From Lama guanicoe (Eukaryota), in NCBI GenBank assembly GCA_013239625.1, contig MU055574.1, forward strand, positions 3,538,331 through 3,602,330: a DNA stretch of 64,000 bases, in the 5' to 3' direction. Under the pieces are notes generated by a model. That model made no database searches. It had not been told where the DNA came from and saw nothing but the letters and a program-made list of their open reading frames with translations. Below, in pieces: positions 1 to 13,535 of the stretch (positions within the stretch are counted from its first letter, which is position 1; every line of letters starts with the position of its first letter). The translations under genes were made by a program, and so were the position numbers.

Positions 1-429
1 TCTCCCATGGTAAACCAGAGCCTGGTGTTAGCAGTGACGCCCCACCTAAGAAATCCCCTGAGAACCCAGACACCAAGAAGCTCCAGTTCCTCTAGAGAAA
101 GACATGCTTCACTCTTGGAGAAGTTTCAGCTCTGCTTTCGGTGGTTAGTCTCTGCTCATTCTCAGGGTGGATGATGAGAGACTTCTAATTTGTGCTGCCC
201 AAGAATGATCTGAAGTGTAACCTCTGGGTGGATATTGATGCCGTTTGACCACACATCTCACCATATCCCACTGGTGAGAAAGGACGAGTGTGCAGCAGGT
301 AGTTCAGACATCCCTGGTGAGCTCAAAACCAGTGTTCCCAAGCCTCAGCTGTTTTACTACAAGTTTCACTATATTTTCAATATTTAAGTACAATAAGTAG
401 TATTGTTTAATATTTTTCATTTACTCAAC

Positions 430-696
430 TGTGAAAAACTGTTTTAAAATCATTCCACATTTACAAAAAATTTATGAAGACAGTACAGAGATTTCCCATA
501 CACCTCGCACCTAGTCTCACTTACTATTATTATTTTGCATTAGTATGGTACACTTGCCACAACCAATGAATCAATCATGAAACATTATTATTAACTAAAA
601 GTCCATACTTTATTCAGATTTCCGTAGCTTTTACCTAATGTCCTTTTTTTCCTGTTTCTTGATCCCATCTAGGATACCACATTGCACTTAATTGTC
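430..696 (-). mobile_element. Old L1 (L1MB/MC-like) 3' UTR fragment
   Basis: Recognised sequence aaaagtccatactttattcagatttc...ataccacattgca. Confidence 0.7.
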
Positions 697-1245
697 ATAT
701 TCAAAAGGATACGAAATATATTAAATTTATAAATAAATATTCAAAATATTCAATTAAGTTATAAAAGCCCTCTTAAAAGTGATTGAAAAAAGTGGTCAGA
801 TTTATACACAGAGTAATAAGGTTTACGAGCCAAGCTTAAAAACAAGGAGTAACAAGAGATTTTGGTCCTGACCTAGACCCATTAAACTGTGAACTGACAC
901 AAAATGACGATACTTTGGCTCCTGCTTCTGCTTGAGTATTAAAGCTCTTTGTCTCTGACCCAGGAGTCTCATGTTTACTGTGAGCATCGAAGAAATGTTG
1001 ACAAGCCAACTTGTTAGCTTCCAGGTAGGGTAAGATATCGGACCTCTCACAGCTCTTGACAACCTGTGTATTATACAATTGAAATATTCAAAAGGATACG
1101 GGATAATTAAATTTATAAATATTTAAAATAGTTCAATTAAATTGTAAAAGCCCTCTTAAAAGTGACTGTTAAAAGTTGCCAGATTTATAAACAGAGTAAT
1201 ACGGTTTATGACTTGAGCTTAAAAACAAAGAGCAACAAGGGATTT
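697..1245 (+). repeat. Diverged direct repeat of about 165 bp (697-862 and 1084-1245)
   Basis: Both copies read atattcaaaaggatacg...aaaagccctcttaaaagtga...gcttaaaaacaa...gattt. Confidence 0.9.
920..1061 (+). mobile_element. ERV1 LTR 3' end (MER34/MER39-like)
   Basis: ctctgacccaggagtctc...aacttgttagctt...gtagggtaa...cttgaCA terminus. Confidence 0.65.
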
Positions 1246-4200
1246 AAATTTGCAGTTTTCATAAATCATGTATTAATTAAAAACAATCACAGTATCCCTT
1301 GAATAATTTTTTTTTCTGGCACAAAAGCCATTGCTAAGGATGCCATAAAACTCATATAAATATCCTAAATTGTGTAATGTTGGGTTGCTGTTTTGTGAGA
1401 ACCCATCCTAGAAATGAATTTAACCTGTTTATGGCCAAGAATGACAAAGCTCTATTGCCCTCAAGGGTATTTGCATTTTAGGATAAGACAAACAGCTTTA
1501 TCCAAAGAGTGAATCTCTAACAGTGGAATTTGGGAATCAGTGTGGGACTAACTCCTCAAATCATGTTATGAGGCAAGCATCTATTCTGCAGATTCAAAGA
1601 ATAGAGCTAAGGCCTCTCATTGTGGTCTCTGCTGAATCCTCAGGACCTAAAACTGCCACATAATTGGTGCTCATTAATTATATGTTAAATGATTGTGGTT
1701 GAATGAATAAATCATTCTGGCCAAGAAGAAGCCGTGATCATATTTTAGTTTTAGAAAGTTCATTGTGACTGTCACGTGAAAGTCAGACAACGGGAGGCAA
1801 TGCTAGATAGGAGACCAAGAAGGAAGTTTGTGGGAAGTAGATCTGATAGACGACACACAGCAACAACTTCTAGGATTTTGAAGCAAAATCCTACCCTCCT
1901 CAGCAAAGAACTAGTCTCGTTCTGGAAAACAGCTATTGGCTTATTCCTGGTTCCAGGGGGAGGCTGCAATCTTGACCCTGGGATGCCGTGTGACCATGTG
2001 ATGGGCTTCCCATCACTGATGGGTGTTCTCAGGACGATCAAGTCATGAGGCAGGAAGGGCATAAACCATACTGAACCCAAGAATGTTCTTACAGCACTAA
2101 CATGTGCAGCACCTTGAGAATCAATAGACAAGCTGATTCACTCTGAGAACATGGGACCCACTCAGCTTCTTTCCCAGACACACCAGCCTTCTCCATGTGC
2201 TCTAGAGCAGACGTGTGTGTGTGAGGATGGGGTGACTACACATGTCTCAGAAGCATGGGCTTCCTCTCGCTGAGGCTGACCTGGCTGCTGCCACCCTGAG
2301 TGCCACTGTCAGGAGTAGCAGCAAGCAGTCTGGGATACCTTGTATGTTACCACATCTTGGAGGGGGAGAGTTTTGTCCCCATTGGACTGGATACAACTAG
2401 ATTTGGGTTTCCTTTCCCAGCCCAGCATGCTTCTATTTGGCCCAGCACCTGTGGATTTATTGTGTGTATTCACCATCAAGTTTTACCATACAACACCGTT
2501 CTAACAAAATAACTCTCTTTACAGGGAAAGAGGTAGAGTCAATACATCCAACAGTCTACTTGACATCTCTTGGGATGTTTTAAAGGCAACTTCTGCTCAG
2601 CATATCCAACACTAACCTCATGATCTAACCTGCAACACCAGCTGGCCTGCAAAGGCCTTTATTTTCTTTTAGGTCCAGTAAGGTGATTAAAATACTAAAT
2701 AAGTTATAGAACAGTGGCTGGCAGGATTAGCAAAACCCCAAGAAAATGTTAAAAAATGAAATGCTGAGAATGTGAAGGATAAGAATAAAAAGTAATGCTT
2801 AGTCTATGCTATTGATAATCATTTTCCTGTAACAGTTTTAATCAGTTTTATAAACTTTGTAATATTTTGTCTTTGGTGTATTCCTTAAGGGATTTAGAGC
2901 ATTTATGAGTCTTTAAATATTAATAGTCTTTGATTAAATTTTCATAAGTAGTTAAATGTCTGGATAAATCTAATTGGTTAAACTCAGATTTATTTTATTA
3001 CTTGTGAAAGTAATATGTGATTACTTTGGGAAATGTCGCTTTTTAAAGAATGTCAGTTGGTTAATAAATTTAAAGTATTTGTAAATTGAACACAAAACAA
3101 TGTATTATCATTAAAAACGTATTTTTCTCATATGTTAAAGCCCCTCAAAGATGAAAGAATCCATCAACCCCTTTCTGCTCTGAGTTCCACGCCTCACCAA
3201 CACTGGATCCCTCTCAGTTAAGGTGACCTAACTGCCCATTGGTTCTTTGATTCAAAGCAAATATATTGAACAGATTCTGTGCACCACATCCAGTGTACTG
3301 ACACAGTGCCACCTGTAGCCTTAAACATCTGTTTTCTTGACCAATACCATTTAGACCACAGGAAACACATCTTCACACAAAATAGCATGTGGAGTGCTGC
3401 GTTCTACTCTTTGAGTGTGCCGAGCAGAGGCCTTCAGACTGCAAGGAGGACTTGAGAGTTAGAAATATTTAGTAAGAGACAAGACAAACCGATCTGCCAA
3501 ATCTTCCTTCCATTACACTAATTAAACTAAGTTTAATTAAATGTTAAACTAATTAATGTTTACAAAGCATTATTTTCCAAAAGAATTTGTTTTCGTTTTC
3601 CTGCTTCTGTTCACACTTCCAAATATGTTTTCAAAAGCATTTGCAAATTAGTGTAGCTAAGAAACATTTTGCAAAATTGAACACTTCATTTTCTTGCCCT
3701 TAACGGTGTACTTTGTAAGTCTAGATGTGATATCATGAAGGGTAATACCCATTACATATCTAGACAATTAGAGGGAGATGGAACATTGAAATTGTGAGTT
3801 GTGTTACTTAATGTGGACTACTACAAATTTACTGAGATTTCAAAGTATCTGTTTCACCTTAATTTAAATAATTTTGATAATATCTAAAAATCCAGTAGTA
3901 AATAAAATTTTATTAATTAAAATAAGCATTAATTATCATTTTATTTTACCTTTTATTTTAAAAGATATTCTGAACATTTTAGTGGAAAACAGCTTTTTGA
4001 AAACAGTACAATAATAATTTTTTATCTTAACATTTATTTTAATATGTATAGATAAAAATATATTCAGATTCATGTTTGAACACAATTACATTTTATTTTT
4101 AATCCTTGATTATTAAGAATAGCCACAAGTCAAGAATATGGTAGGAATTTATAATATAAATTTCATAACATAAATATAATTTCTTCATTGGCCTAAAGAT

Positions 4201-6584
4201 GGAATAATATGGTGAAACACATAGTAATAGAGGAAAAAATGTGAAAAGAAAAAGATAATAGAAAATCTTCAAAGAAATGTTTAGTTTAAACTTAAGATCT
4301 GGAAACTGAGAGAAACTAGACTTCACAGACTCTTTGTTTAATACAATTTTAATTATTGGTTGAAACAATAAAAACGAACATATAAGCATTCTTCCCACGT
4401 ATGTAGCTTAATCATTTCAGATTAAGTTTCTGTGACTTCATGCTCTTTATTAAGTGAAGATTTAATAACAGATTTTTGCCTGGGATTGTAATACCTGCAA
4501 GTAATGAGTCTAAATAGAAACTTGTACAATTTTGTGGGAGAGATTGGAAGGTCTTAGAAATTTGTTGATGCCCTCGCTGTCTGTACACTATTCTTATCTT
4601 CAGAGGAAACACTGATCATGTTGGCAGGGAACTATATTTACCTCCATTCTGGTATTGTTAGTTAATATAATAAATTAACTGCAACTAGCCTGTCTTCTTA
4701 CAAACAAATGGTTTGGACCTTCCTCCCATATTTGCTCAAATGTTCTGCTATAAGCTACATTCTAGAAATGGATCTTTAATGAAAAAAATGGTAGTTTCTG
4801 AGACTTAGTGGAAAGAACTCTACCAGATACTTCTGCACCTATTGTTACTTCAGAGACTAGACTCATGAACATATGGCTTCTGAGCTAACATTGCTTGGAT
4901 GACTGTCAGTTTACACCGTAGGCCAGGATTTCCAGAGCTCTTTTCAATCCAGAAACAACTGAACTCCTGAGCACGAATTACTCCCCCATATCTAGTGGAA
5001 CAAGAATTAAGTAAGCAAAACATAAAGAACTGATGAGAAATATCAAACCAATTTTTTTATTGGAATAATGTTAGTATTTGTTTCAATGTTATATTTTGAT
5101 AAGTATATGATAGATTTTGCTACTTTATCTCTAACTCTTCTCTATCTAATTTAGTAGAACATTTTAAAAGGGTATCTTATTCTCGTTGCCCCCTCAGACT
5201 TCAGGAGAACCTTAAAGAGAGAATTCACCTACATTTATATAACTGCAGGTAAAGTCTGGTGAGGATGAACTTCTTGGGTTTTCTTCTCTAATCTTGGAAT
5301 AGAAGAGCAATTTGAAAATATCTTCAGAGTGTTGGAGACTGTTGAAAATACAGCTTCTCCAAAATCTTTAGACAGATGTTGATCTTCTGGCCTTGGAGAT
5401 ACTTCAGTAGGAACGCTTTAGATTTGCTGATTATACCTTAAGTTGGTTTCTGTGCATTAAATAAAGCTTCTTGCTGCATCTGGTGCAATTGTATTAGGCT
5501 ATAACACAAGAATATTGATGTTACCAATGAAGGAACAATTAATAAAAAATAACCATAATTAGTAAAGGGAAAAGAATGACTCCAAGTCACCTTATTGTCA
5601 AACAAGCCCATCCTTAACCTAGCAGGTCGTCTTTATTAAGATATTTTACAACTCCAGCTAGATGTTAACTTTGACAAAATTGAATTAGATATAAATCATT
5701 CTCTCTAGGGCAATGCAAATGATTTTTCTCCAGTAGAGATGTAAATGATTTCCAGTGCAAAAGATAAACCTAAAGATCGTAGTTTTATTAACCTTTAGGA
5801 CATTAACCAAGTTTGTATATAAATTAACATTCTTTCTTTCAATGACTATAAACACTTCTGCTTCTCCTACAATCCTCTGAGTAAGTTTTATTACTCTTCT
5901 AGTTCCTTCATTCGTGAGTTAAATCTTTAATACGTGCTCAGTTAATGACGCACATATACAGACACACACATGATGAAATATGACTAAATATCCACCAGTA
6001 CGGCTAAAATTAAAAAATATTAACAGTGCTGAATATTTGCAAGGATGTAGACTGGGCACAGCACTGCAACGCCCACTGCCTGGGGCTCTAATACCAGGCA
6101 TCAGATGCTGCAATCAAAACTACAGCCACAGCCGCCTCTGTGTCACTCTCCCACCAACCTGGCCACAGTGGATTCTGCGCAGGACTGCTCACTGGTGACC
6201 TAGCTTGGAATTCAAAGTCTGGGGCGAAGTATCAGATGCTTGCTCGTTAGTTAGCCTCAGTACTTGCTCCTTAGTTGCAAGGGAGGTTTGGAGAGAACCC
6301 CTGCTACTATTTTGTAAATCGGGGGGGGGGTTCCTCAAACATAAAAGAGGGTTTTGATATGAAGCATCTGGAAATAATAACACATGTCTGTACAAGGCAG
6401 GTAATTCAATTAGCCAACACATTTGAAAGCGTGTCCATGCTGTACCTACCACTGTGCTAGCGGAGGAGAGCCTTGGGCTGCTCTCCTATTTGGTTAGCTG
6501 TTACTCTTCACTTACTTGGTGGAAGGGAAAGGAAATTGTGCCCATTCGAGATGAAGCTGCTGAGGCTCTCAGACACAGAGAACA

Positions 6585-6835
6585 AACTAGTGGGGAGAGG
6601 GAAGGGAGGAGAAGCGATAGAAGGGTAAGGGATTAAGAGGTACTAACTATTCGTGCATAAAGTAAGGTACAAGGATAATTATACAACACAGAGAATACAG
6701 CCAATGTCTCATAACTATAAATGGAGTATAACCTTTAAAAATTGTGTATCACCATGTTGTACACCTACAACTTATATAATATTGTACATCAACTATAACT
6801 CAATTAAAATAGTTAAAAATAAAAAACAAGAATAG
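6585..6835 (+). mobile_element. L1 3' end with A-rich tail
   Basis: ttatataatattgtacatcaactataactcaattaaaa. Confidence 0.8.
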
Positions 6836-9800
6836 AAAATGTAAGTATTCATATATTCATATAATGGAAAACTATAGAGCAATGAAAATAAATTATAGCT
6901 ACAAGCAACACATAGATAAATTTTACACTTTGAGCAAAAGAAACCTGGTACATATGAAAACATGTATGATCCATTTGTGCGAATTTTAAAAAAATATACA
7001 AAAACGTATCTATGGTGTTAGAAGTCAAACGAGTGGTTACCTTTGGGGAAGAAGGAGGGCAAGTGGTTGCAAAGATGCATGAGAATGTTTCCTTTGTTTA
7101 GATATGTCTGGCAATATTTTTCAATCACAATTCCAAAAAGCTTTTTTAAATTAAAAAGATGAAGCTGTTGAAAGATTAAGTTCAGATCTCAGTATTAGAT
7201 TAATTCTTTTCCTTCCAGATCAACATGGGATCACTTTTCCTTTTATAGGTTTATAAAAAGCAAAAGTAATGATCTTAACTACATTTCCCTTAAATGAAAG
7301 AGATCTATTACTTTTAATAATGAACTTAAGCCATTAGAATACTATTCTTATTAATGGCAGTGGGTCCTCGGCTGCGATTTTCTTGGCAGACTCTCAGCAT
7401 CAAGACTTCCCAGCTCCAATCTTGCCATTGTTGCAAAACAAATGATGGCCCAGGATCTGGGGTGTAGCTACAATATCAAACATGAGAACTCGGAGGCTAT
7501 TGTTCTGATGGGAAGTTGACAAGCAATTGTGTCTGGAAACATTCCTCTTTGCTAAAGTTATTTTGAGAAAACAAAAAATAATCTTAATTTTAAACAATGC
7601 AAAATGCTGCTTCCCACACAAATATAAAGAATAGTAGTGATGTCTGGTATTGGCTGGGTTTAGATGGAGAAGAAAGCCTGTTCTCAGTGGACATTTTGAT
7701 TAAGGAATCATCCAGCTCCAGTCTCCCTTATGATCACTTTGAGAAGCAGAGCCATGTTTTTGTCATAAAGCCCTGTGGCAGCTCCAAACTCAGCCAGTCC
7801 TTACAGCACATGACGCCAGAGTTGAGAGCAGGCTTCTCTCCCCCACTGTCGACATCAATATTTGAAAAGAACAGACTGACTTACCTGAGTCAAATCCCAC
7901 CATGTGACTGTGCTCTGCATGTGCGTGGGGAAAGTGGGAGAGATTCTTTTGAGAAGGTGACAAACAGGGACAGGGAGAGGAGACTGTTCTGGGTGCTGTC
8001 ACACAGGCATCTTGGGTTTGGTGGATGAAACAAGGGGTCAATGTGAAGACAGGACAGGCCGTGCAGTGGGCCATGAGAGCCCACTTCCCACCTCCCGCCC
8101 TCCTAGACCTCCAGAAAGATTAAACAGATCCATCTCCAGGATTATCAGCCTCAGGTTCAGTATGATTTCACGGACAAGGTGAAGGGTCTTTCTGCCCAAA
8201 ATATATATTTCCAATTGCACACCGTGTCTGGAATATCTCACTCAGGGCAAAGCATTTTGTTCCAGATTAATCTTTTATAGATTAAAAAAAGCCCCAAATG
8301 CAAATATTTGACAGAGCTGGTTCATTGGTGACATTGTCAGTCAAGCATAACCACCTGTTCTCTGTACCTCCTCAGGGTCAGAAAGCAGAAAGGCCTAGGG
8401 CTTTTGAGAGGGGAAGGAAGGTCCAGGAGACCAGCCCCTGCCCACATCAGGCCCAGAGTTGTGGGTACTGAGAGACTAGCAATTGCTGAAGACGTGATGA
8501 AAAGGACTGGAGTCTTAGCTTAAAAATATCTGCATCTTTGGGGCTCTGGGTCAAGGTCCCTCTCCTTGGACCACCCCTATTCTGTAGAGATCAACTTTGG
8601 TGGTTTAGTGTAGGCAATGTCAAACACTTGGCTATGGACTGACTTTTGTCATCGTTTAGACTCAAAGGCTGACTTTCCTTTAAAGGGAACATGGATCTAA
8701 CCGGCAGGAGAAAATAAACAAAAGGAAATCCACTGGAACAATAAAAAAATTTCTATTCTCCAAGTTCACTTATGTCTCTGGGTAAATGGTATGTAAGTAA
8801 AGGGAGCCATATAGTTTGATGTAAGAATTTCGAAGTAGTTATAATTTTTAAAGGCTTGTCTGGAGTTCATTCTAAATCAGATTTCAACACATCAGGTTGC
8901 TTTATTGTTGCTGTTATGGTCATTGTGGCTCTGCATGGAAAACACTGGAGCTTCTGTTACAAAATCAATTTCAGAATAGTTATTTGAAAATCAAGAGACC
9001 ATAGAAATGGTTGACACTTGCCTTCAAAGCATCTTGGAGATGGAATTTGCCAAATTAGTGAATGTTTACTAATAAATGTATAGACTTAACGAGTGCTGTC
9101 AGGGAGTACGTACCTTCCAACCATGCAGGACAAATCGATCTTGTTGGGCCCTGCTTCTACTTGTCCCTGAAAACAGACAGCCCCCCCACCCGCTGCCCAG
9201 ATGTCCTATCAGATCTCCTTGTCCCCATGCTCTCTTGCCCCAAAGGTCAACACTTGTCCTTTAATGTACTGACTGACATTAAAGAGAAAAAGAAAGTTCT
9301 GAAGTTCAACAGGGCAAAACTAATATTTAAAAGAGAAATTTTAACTAAGGGACTAAGCGGAAATCCATATGTACAAAAACCCAGAGGAATTTCTAGACGG
9401 TCTGATAAAAAGTGCTTAAGTTGTTGAGTTAGATATGATTTCTGACCCTACAAACCACAGCCTCTCAGAGGCTCACCTATAAAACAGGTGACTGTCTATT
9501 TCATAATAATCATGACTACCTGGTGGGCAAGTGTGAGGGTTAAAGAAATAACGTATGTGCAAGCGTAGCCTGAGGACAAGCTGAAGCCGGGACCTGCTGA
9601 GGACTATGGCTGAGGGAATGACCGTCCCTTTGTCCACTGTCATGGCCAGTTCTCAGGGCTGGGCTGAGACTGTCGCCATTTGCTTGCCCCTCGCCAGCAG
9701 ACAAGCCTTTAGCCAGTCTTCTCAAAAGACAGGAAAGGGGAAACAGGGGCTATCAAATCCTTGTGAGAGTGGCAAAGAGGACCTCTTACCTGGGGAAGCT

Positions 9801-10536
9801 TTACTCTGAGCAGCTGGAAGAAGCTACAATCCTGTGTTTTGGTGGGAAAATGTAGGGATCTGGGGAGGTAGGAGTGTGGGGAGCTCTGGTCTGGGAGCCC
9901 TGTGTTCTCCTTCGTTATTTAACTCTCTCCCTAAGTTTCTGTATCTTTTGCTATTGAAGAAACATTACACCTTGTGTGTCCATTGGAATCTTTCCTTCTT
10001 TCTCATCACTGTCATATAGACAACCTCTCAATGTGTGTTTACTTTAGAAGCAAGTAGAAGTTAGCTTTTACCTGTAGCGCACTCCGTCAGACAACTCAGC
10101 CGACCCGAGATGAAAAAGGCTCATCTGCTTCTGACGATCGAGTTTCTCATGGTTTCTTTCACTCAACTCAACCCTATCTTGAGAACACTTTCTAAAATTC
10201 CTTCTCATCAGAGTGGATATGTCATTTTTGCTTTCCTAATTTTACCCATCTCCTTTTAAAGGAAATCTGGGACAGGATTTCTGGACTTGACTGTTATCCA
10301 AGGAGAACAAACAACACCTAGGAAATGACACTCATTTGGACGAAGGAACAATGACTCTAGGATAGCTCTCTGCTCAGAACAGCCAACACCCAGGCTCTGC
10401 TTGTTTCCATAGATGCCTGTCTGTGAAAAATGGCTTGTTCTCCACACTGACCTGTGGAGGAAGATAGGCAGCAGACTGCACAAAACTGTAAGAAAAACCT
10501 TCCTTCCTGCCATACTTCCAGTGGTTCAACTCTTGT

Positions 10537-11390
10537 TTCATTAGTTTATCCAGCAAATATTAATTGAGCATCTGCTATACAGATATGAATAGAATGAAGA
10601 TAGAGCTATGGAAACAAAACAGAACAAAGCAAAACACGACGGCAGACCTGCCTTTACATTCTAGTGGAGGAGGGGAAAATAAACAATGAGCAAGATAAAT
10701 AAGTAAACTATAGTATATCAGCTGATTCAAGTGTGGGGGAAAATGAGGGGTAGAGAGATTCACAGGGTACAGTTTGTGATTTTAAATCGAATGGTGAGGG
10801 AAGCATCACTGATAAGGCAAACTTCCAGCAAAGGCCTGATGGAGGTGAGGGTGGGAGGCTGTGGATTTCTGGGGCACAGCTTTTCAGGAAGCAGCTGGTA
10901 CACAGGCCTAGAAGCCAGTGCATTTTTGTATTTGAGGGCCAAGCAGCAGGATCAGTGTGCTGGAATGAAGTGAGAGTGGCCAGAATTAGGGAATGAGGTC
11001 TGAGAGATTATGAGAAAAGGAATCAGGTCATCCAGGGCCTTGGAGGCCACAGGAAGAACTGTGGTTTTTATCCTTATGAGACAGGAAGCCATTGTGGAGT
11101 TAGGAGCAGAAGAGTGACGTGATCTGATTTATGTTCAAAGGATCACCCTGGCGACCCTGCTGAGACCAGACTAGAAGGCAAGAGCAGAGTAAGGAGACCA
11201 GCCAAGTGGCTGCAGCAGTTAACCAGATAGCAGCCTGGTATAAGCTAGTTGTGAGAAATGTTATATTTTGGAGCTTAGATCCAAGAGAATTTATTGATGG
11301 ATTGAATACAGGATGTGACTGTAAAGGAGGAAACAAAGATGGCCCCAAAGCGTTTGGCCTGAGACCCTGTAGGAGTGGAATTGCCATTTG
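10537..11390 (-). mobile_element. L2 (L2a-like)
   Basis: cagcaaatattaattgagc...gtgatctgatttatgttcaaaggatcaccctgg. Confidence 0.8.
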
Positions 11391-11572
11391 ATCATAGAGC
11401 CACATAAATGAAGGCCTTCAGTCCAGCTAAACATTGTTTGCTCCTTTCTGGACGATGTTTATGTGGGTCTAAGAAGTCTAATGAGGACTTCATCCGATAT
11501 GCTTCTTAAGTCTTTCCTTTAAAAAACCCAAATAACAGATATTTCAAAAAGCAAAGCAAAACAATGAAAAGA

Positions 11573-11578
11573 TTTATT
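11573..11578 (-). terminator. Candidate distal IL22RA2 poly(A) signal (alternatives at 11646-11651 and 13079-13084)
   Basis: AATAAA on the minus strand at the end of a largely AU-rich stretch, followed by a U/GU-rich tract, just before an L2 element. Confidence 0.55.
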
Positions 11579-13385
11579 GAAGTAGTATGACAATATATTC
11601 CTTACACAATGAAGAATGTGACAATTTTCATATTTTATGAAGTATTTTATTCTTCCCTAAACATGTCAAAGCAGGAAAGCAGAAACAAAGTGAAAGAAAC
11701 ATAAAACAAAACTTGATACTACCTAATAACTTTCATGAGGCAACCATAACTTTTTTTTAAAAATTTTTAAAATCAGAGTTCAGGACTATTGAATTTCAAA
11801 AACTTAAATGCTGTTGACCACACACAATCCTTACTCCCCACGCATCCCACTGCTCTTAATTTCTCAAAAGAACGAAAGGCAAAATAGACAGTAATCAAAA
11901 AATACAGCATAATTCAAAAACACAGATTAAAGTAATTTTTTATCTCAAGATATACAAAGTAATTTTTTCTCATCATATGGGAAAGCAGTGAAACCAATTT
12001 TCTAGCTCTTTCTCTGTCTCTTACTCTCTCCCTCTGTGCTCTCTCCTTTCTGAATAATTTTTAATCAGTTTACTATTGTGTGTAACTGTACATAACCAGA
12101 AACACCGACTGTATTTTTGCCACATTTTGGAGCAATGCTCATGAGGAATTGTACAAATGTTGTCCAGCATATATCTCTTCACAAGACAGACAACCATAAA
12201 CACATATATAAAACTGAGCCCAAGTGAGGAAGGCAGCTTTCTGAGCCTAAGCCCACAGACCTCCGCTTGGTGGGGCCCTGGAGCTGCCAGGAGGTTGCTG
12301 GTGGGCTTTCATTGGCCCTACAATCTCCCCCAGCGCTGGTCCCTCCTCCAAATAAACCTACCCCCCATGGTGGGCTTTCAGCTACAAGTCAACCTCTCTA
12401 CCCTGTCCCCAACCAAACCTCACGTCCCCAGTCAAACTGGCATTCCTAAGATTCTTGTTTATAGAGATTATGAAGATTCTACTGGCAAGTGACTCTTCAC
12501 CAGCATGGTTGAGAAATGAGTATGATATAAATTAGAGTTAAGGTTTCTTTTTCACTTTGTTGCTAAAAATGATTATACCTGATTTGGAGAATAAGGATAA
12601 ATTCTTCTAAGGCAATGTTAGAAAACAAAACAAAAGCAGAAAAGAAAACTTTAATGTATGTGTTAAATGAGGGAAATTGAATTGAGTGGGCATCCTTTTG
12701 TATTTAGATGTTACTGTTGATAAACTTAATGTAGATATTAATTCAGAGATCATGAGAGGTTTTTTGTTTTTTCAAATACTATTCTTATTTACACAGAATA
12801 GAATTTGGAAGAAAGTAACGGTTCATTAAGTAGGAGTATTACATAATGGAAAATGAATGTATGAAAAAGTATATTCATATAAAATAGAAATGCAATGGAA
12901 AATACTCATTCAGCTAAAAATTCCATTTATGTGAAAGTTGAAATGTCTATGTCAAGTTAACTGTCAAATAAAGAGTAAAAATGGATTGCTCCAGGATTGC
13001 CTGTCTGTAATGCTATTTAAAAAAAATATTAATTCAACAACATTTTAAACAATGTCTTCTCTCCTTGGTTCTTAAATTTTTATTTAGCTGACTTAGAAGG
13101 ATTGGGATTGTTGTTAGAGACATTACAATCAGAAATGAAGTTCTGTATTTCATGGAGCCCTTTGTTCTCTGCCTCTTCTTTAAATTCTAATGTCTTTTTG
13201 TGTGTTGGGGGGGGGTTGCTTAAATGTGTTTACAAATAAAATAAAGAGGAAGAAAGAATGATTAAACTCCAAAGTGTAAAAGTGAACACTGCGTTAAGAA
13301 AACAAAAAATTGACTTTCAATGAAATTCTTCAAACATGAGCCATTCCATTCACACAGACCTTTTGATTCCACTATGCAGAGCATT

Positions 13386-13535
13386 TCAAGGACTTTCCAC
13401 GCATCTCTCTTCACTTCTCTGACTTCTTCTGTCTAACATGGGCTGATATATTTCAGCCACTACACAGTAACCAGTGTGAGGTGTTAGAGCTTCAATCTCA
13501 ACCACTCTGTGGGTGCCTTCATATACCTTTTGCTC
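13386..13535 (-). CDS. IL22RA2: IL22RA2 last coding exon (EQKVYEGTHRVVEIEALTPHTGYCVVAEIYQPMLDRRSQRSEERCVESP*)
   Basis: Acceptor atacag|GAG; TGA at 13386-13388; read manually. Confidence 0.96.
   Translation of the reverse strand, partial: EQKVYEGTHRVVEIEALTPHTGYCVVAEIYQPMLDRRSQRSEERCVESP

Noticed and set aside
7597-8028. 143-aa ATG ORF in the region downstream of IL22RA2
   Set aside because: No recognisable homology, splice context or pseudogene hallmarks.
1-11500. IL20RA exons (expected next gene by synteny)
   Set aside because: No class II receptor-like peptide or CpG island found; the gene probably lies outside the window.
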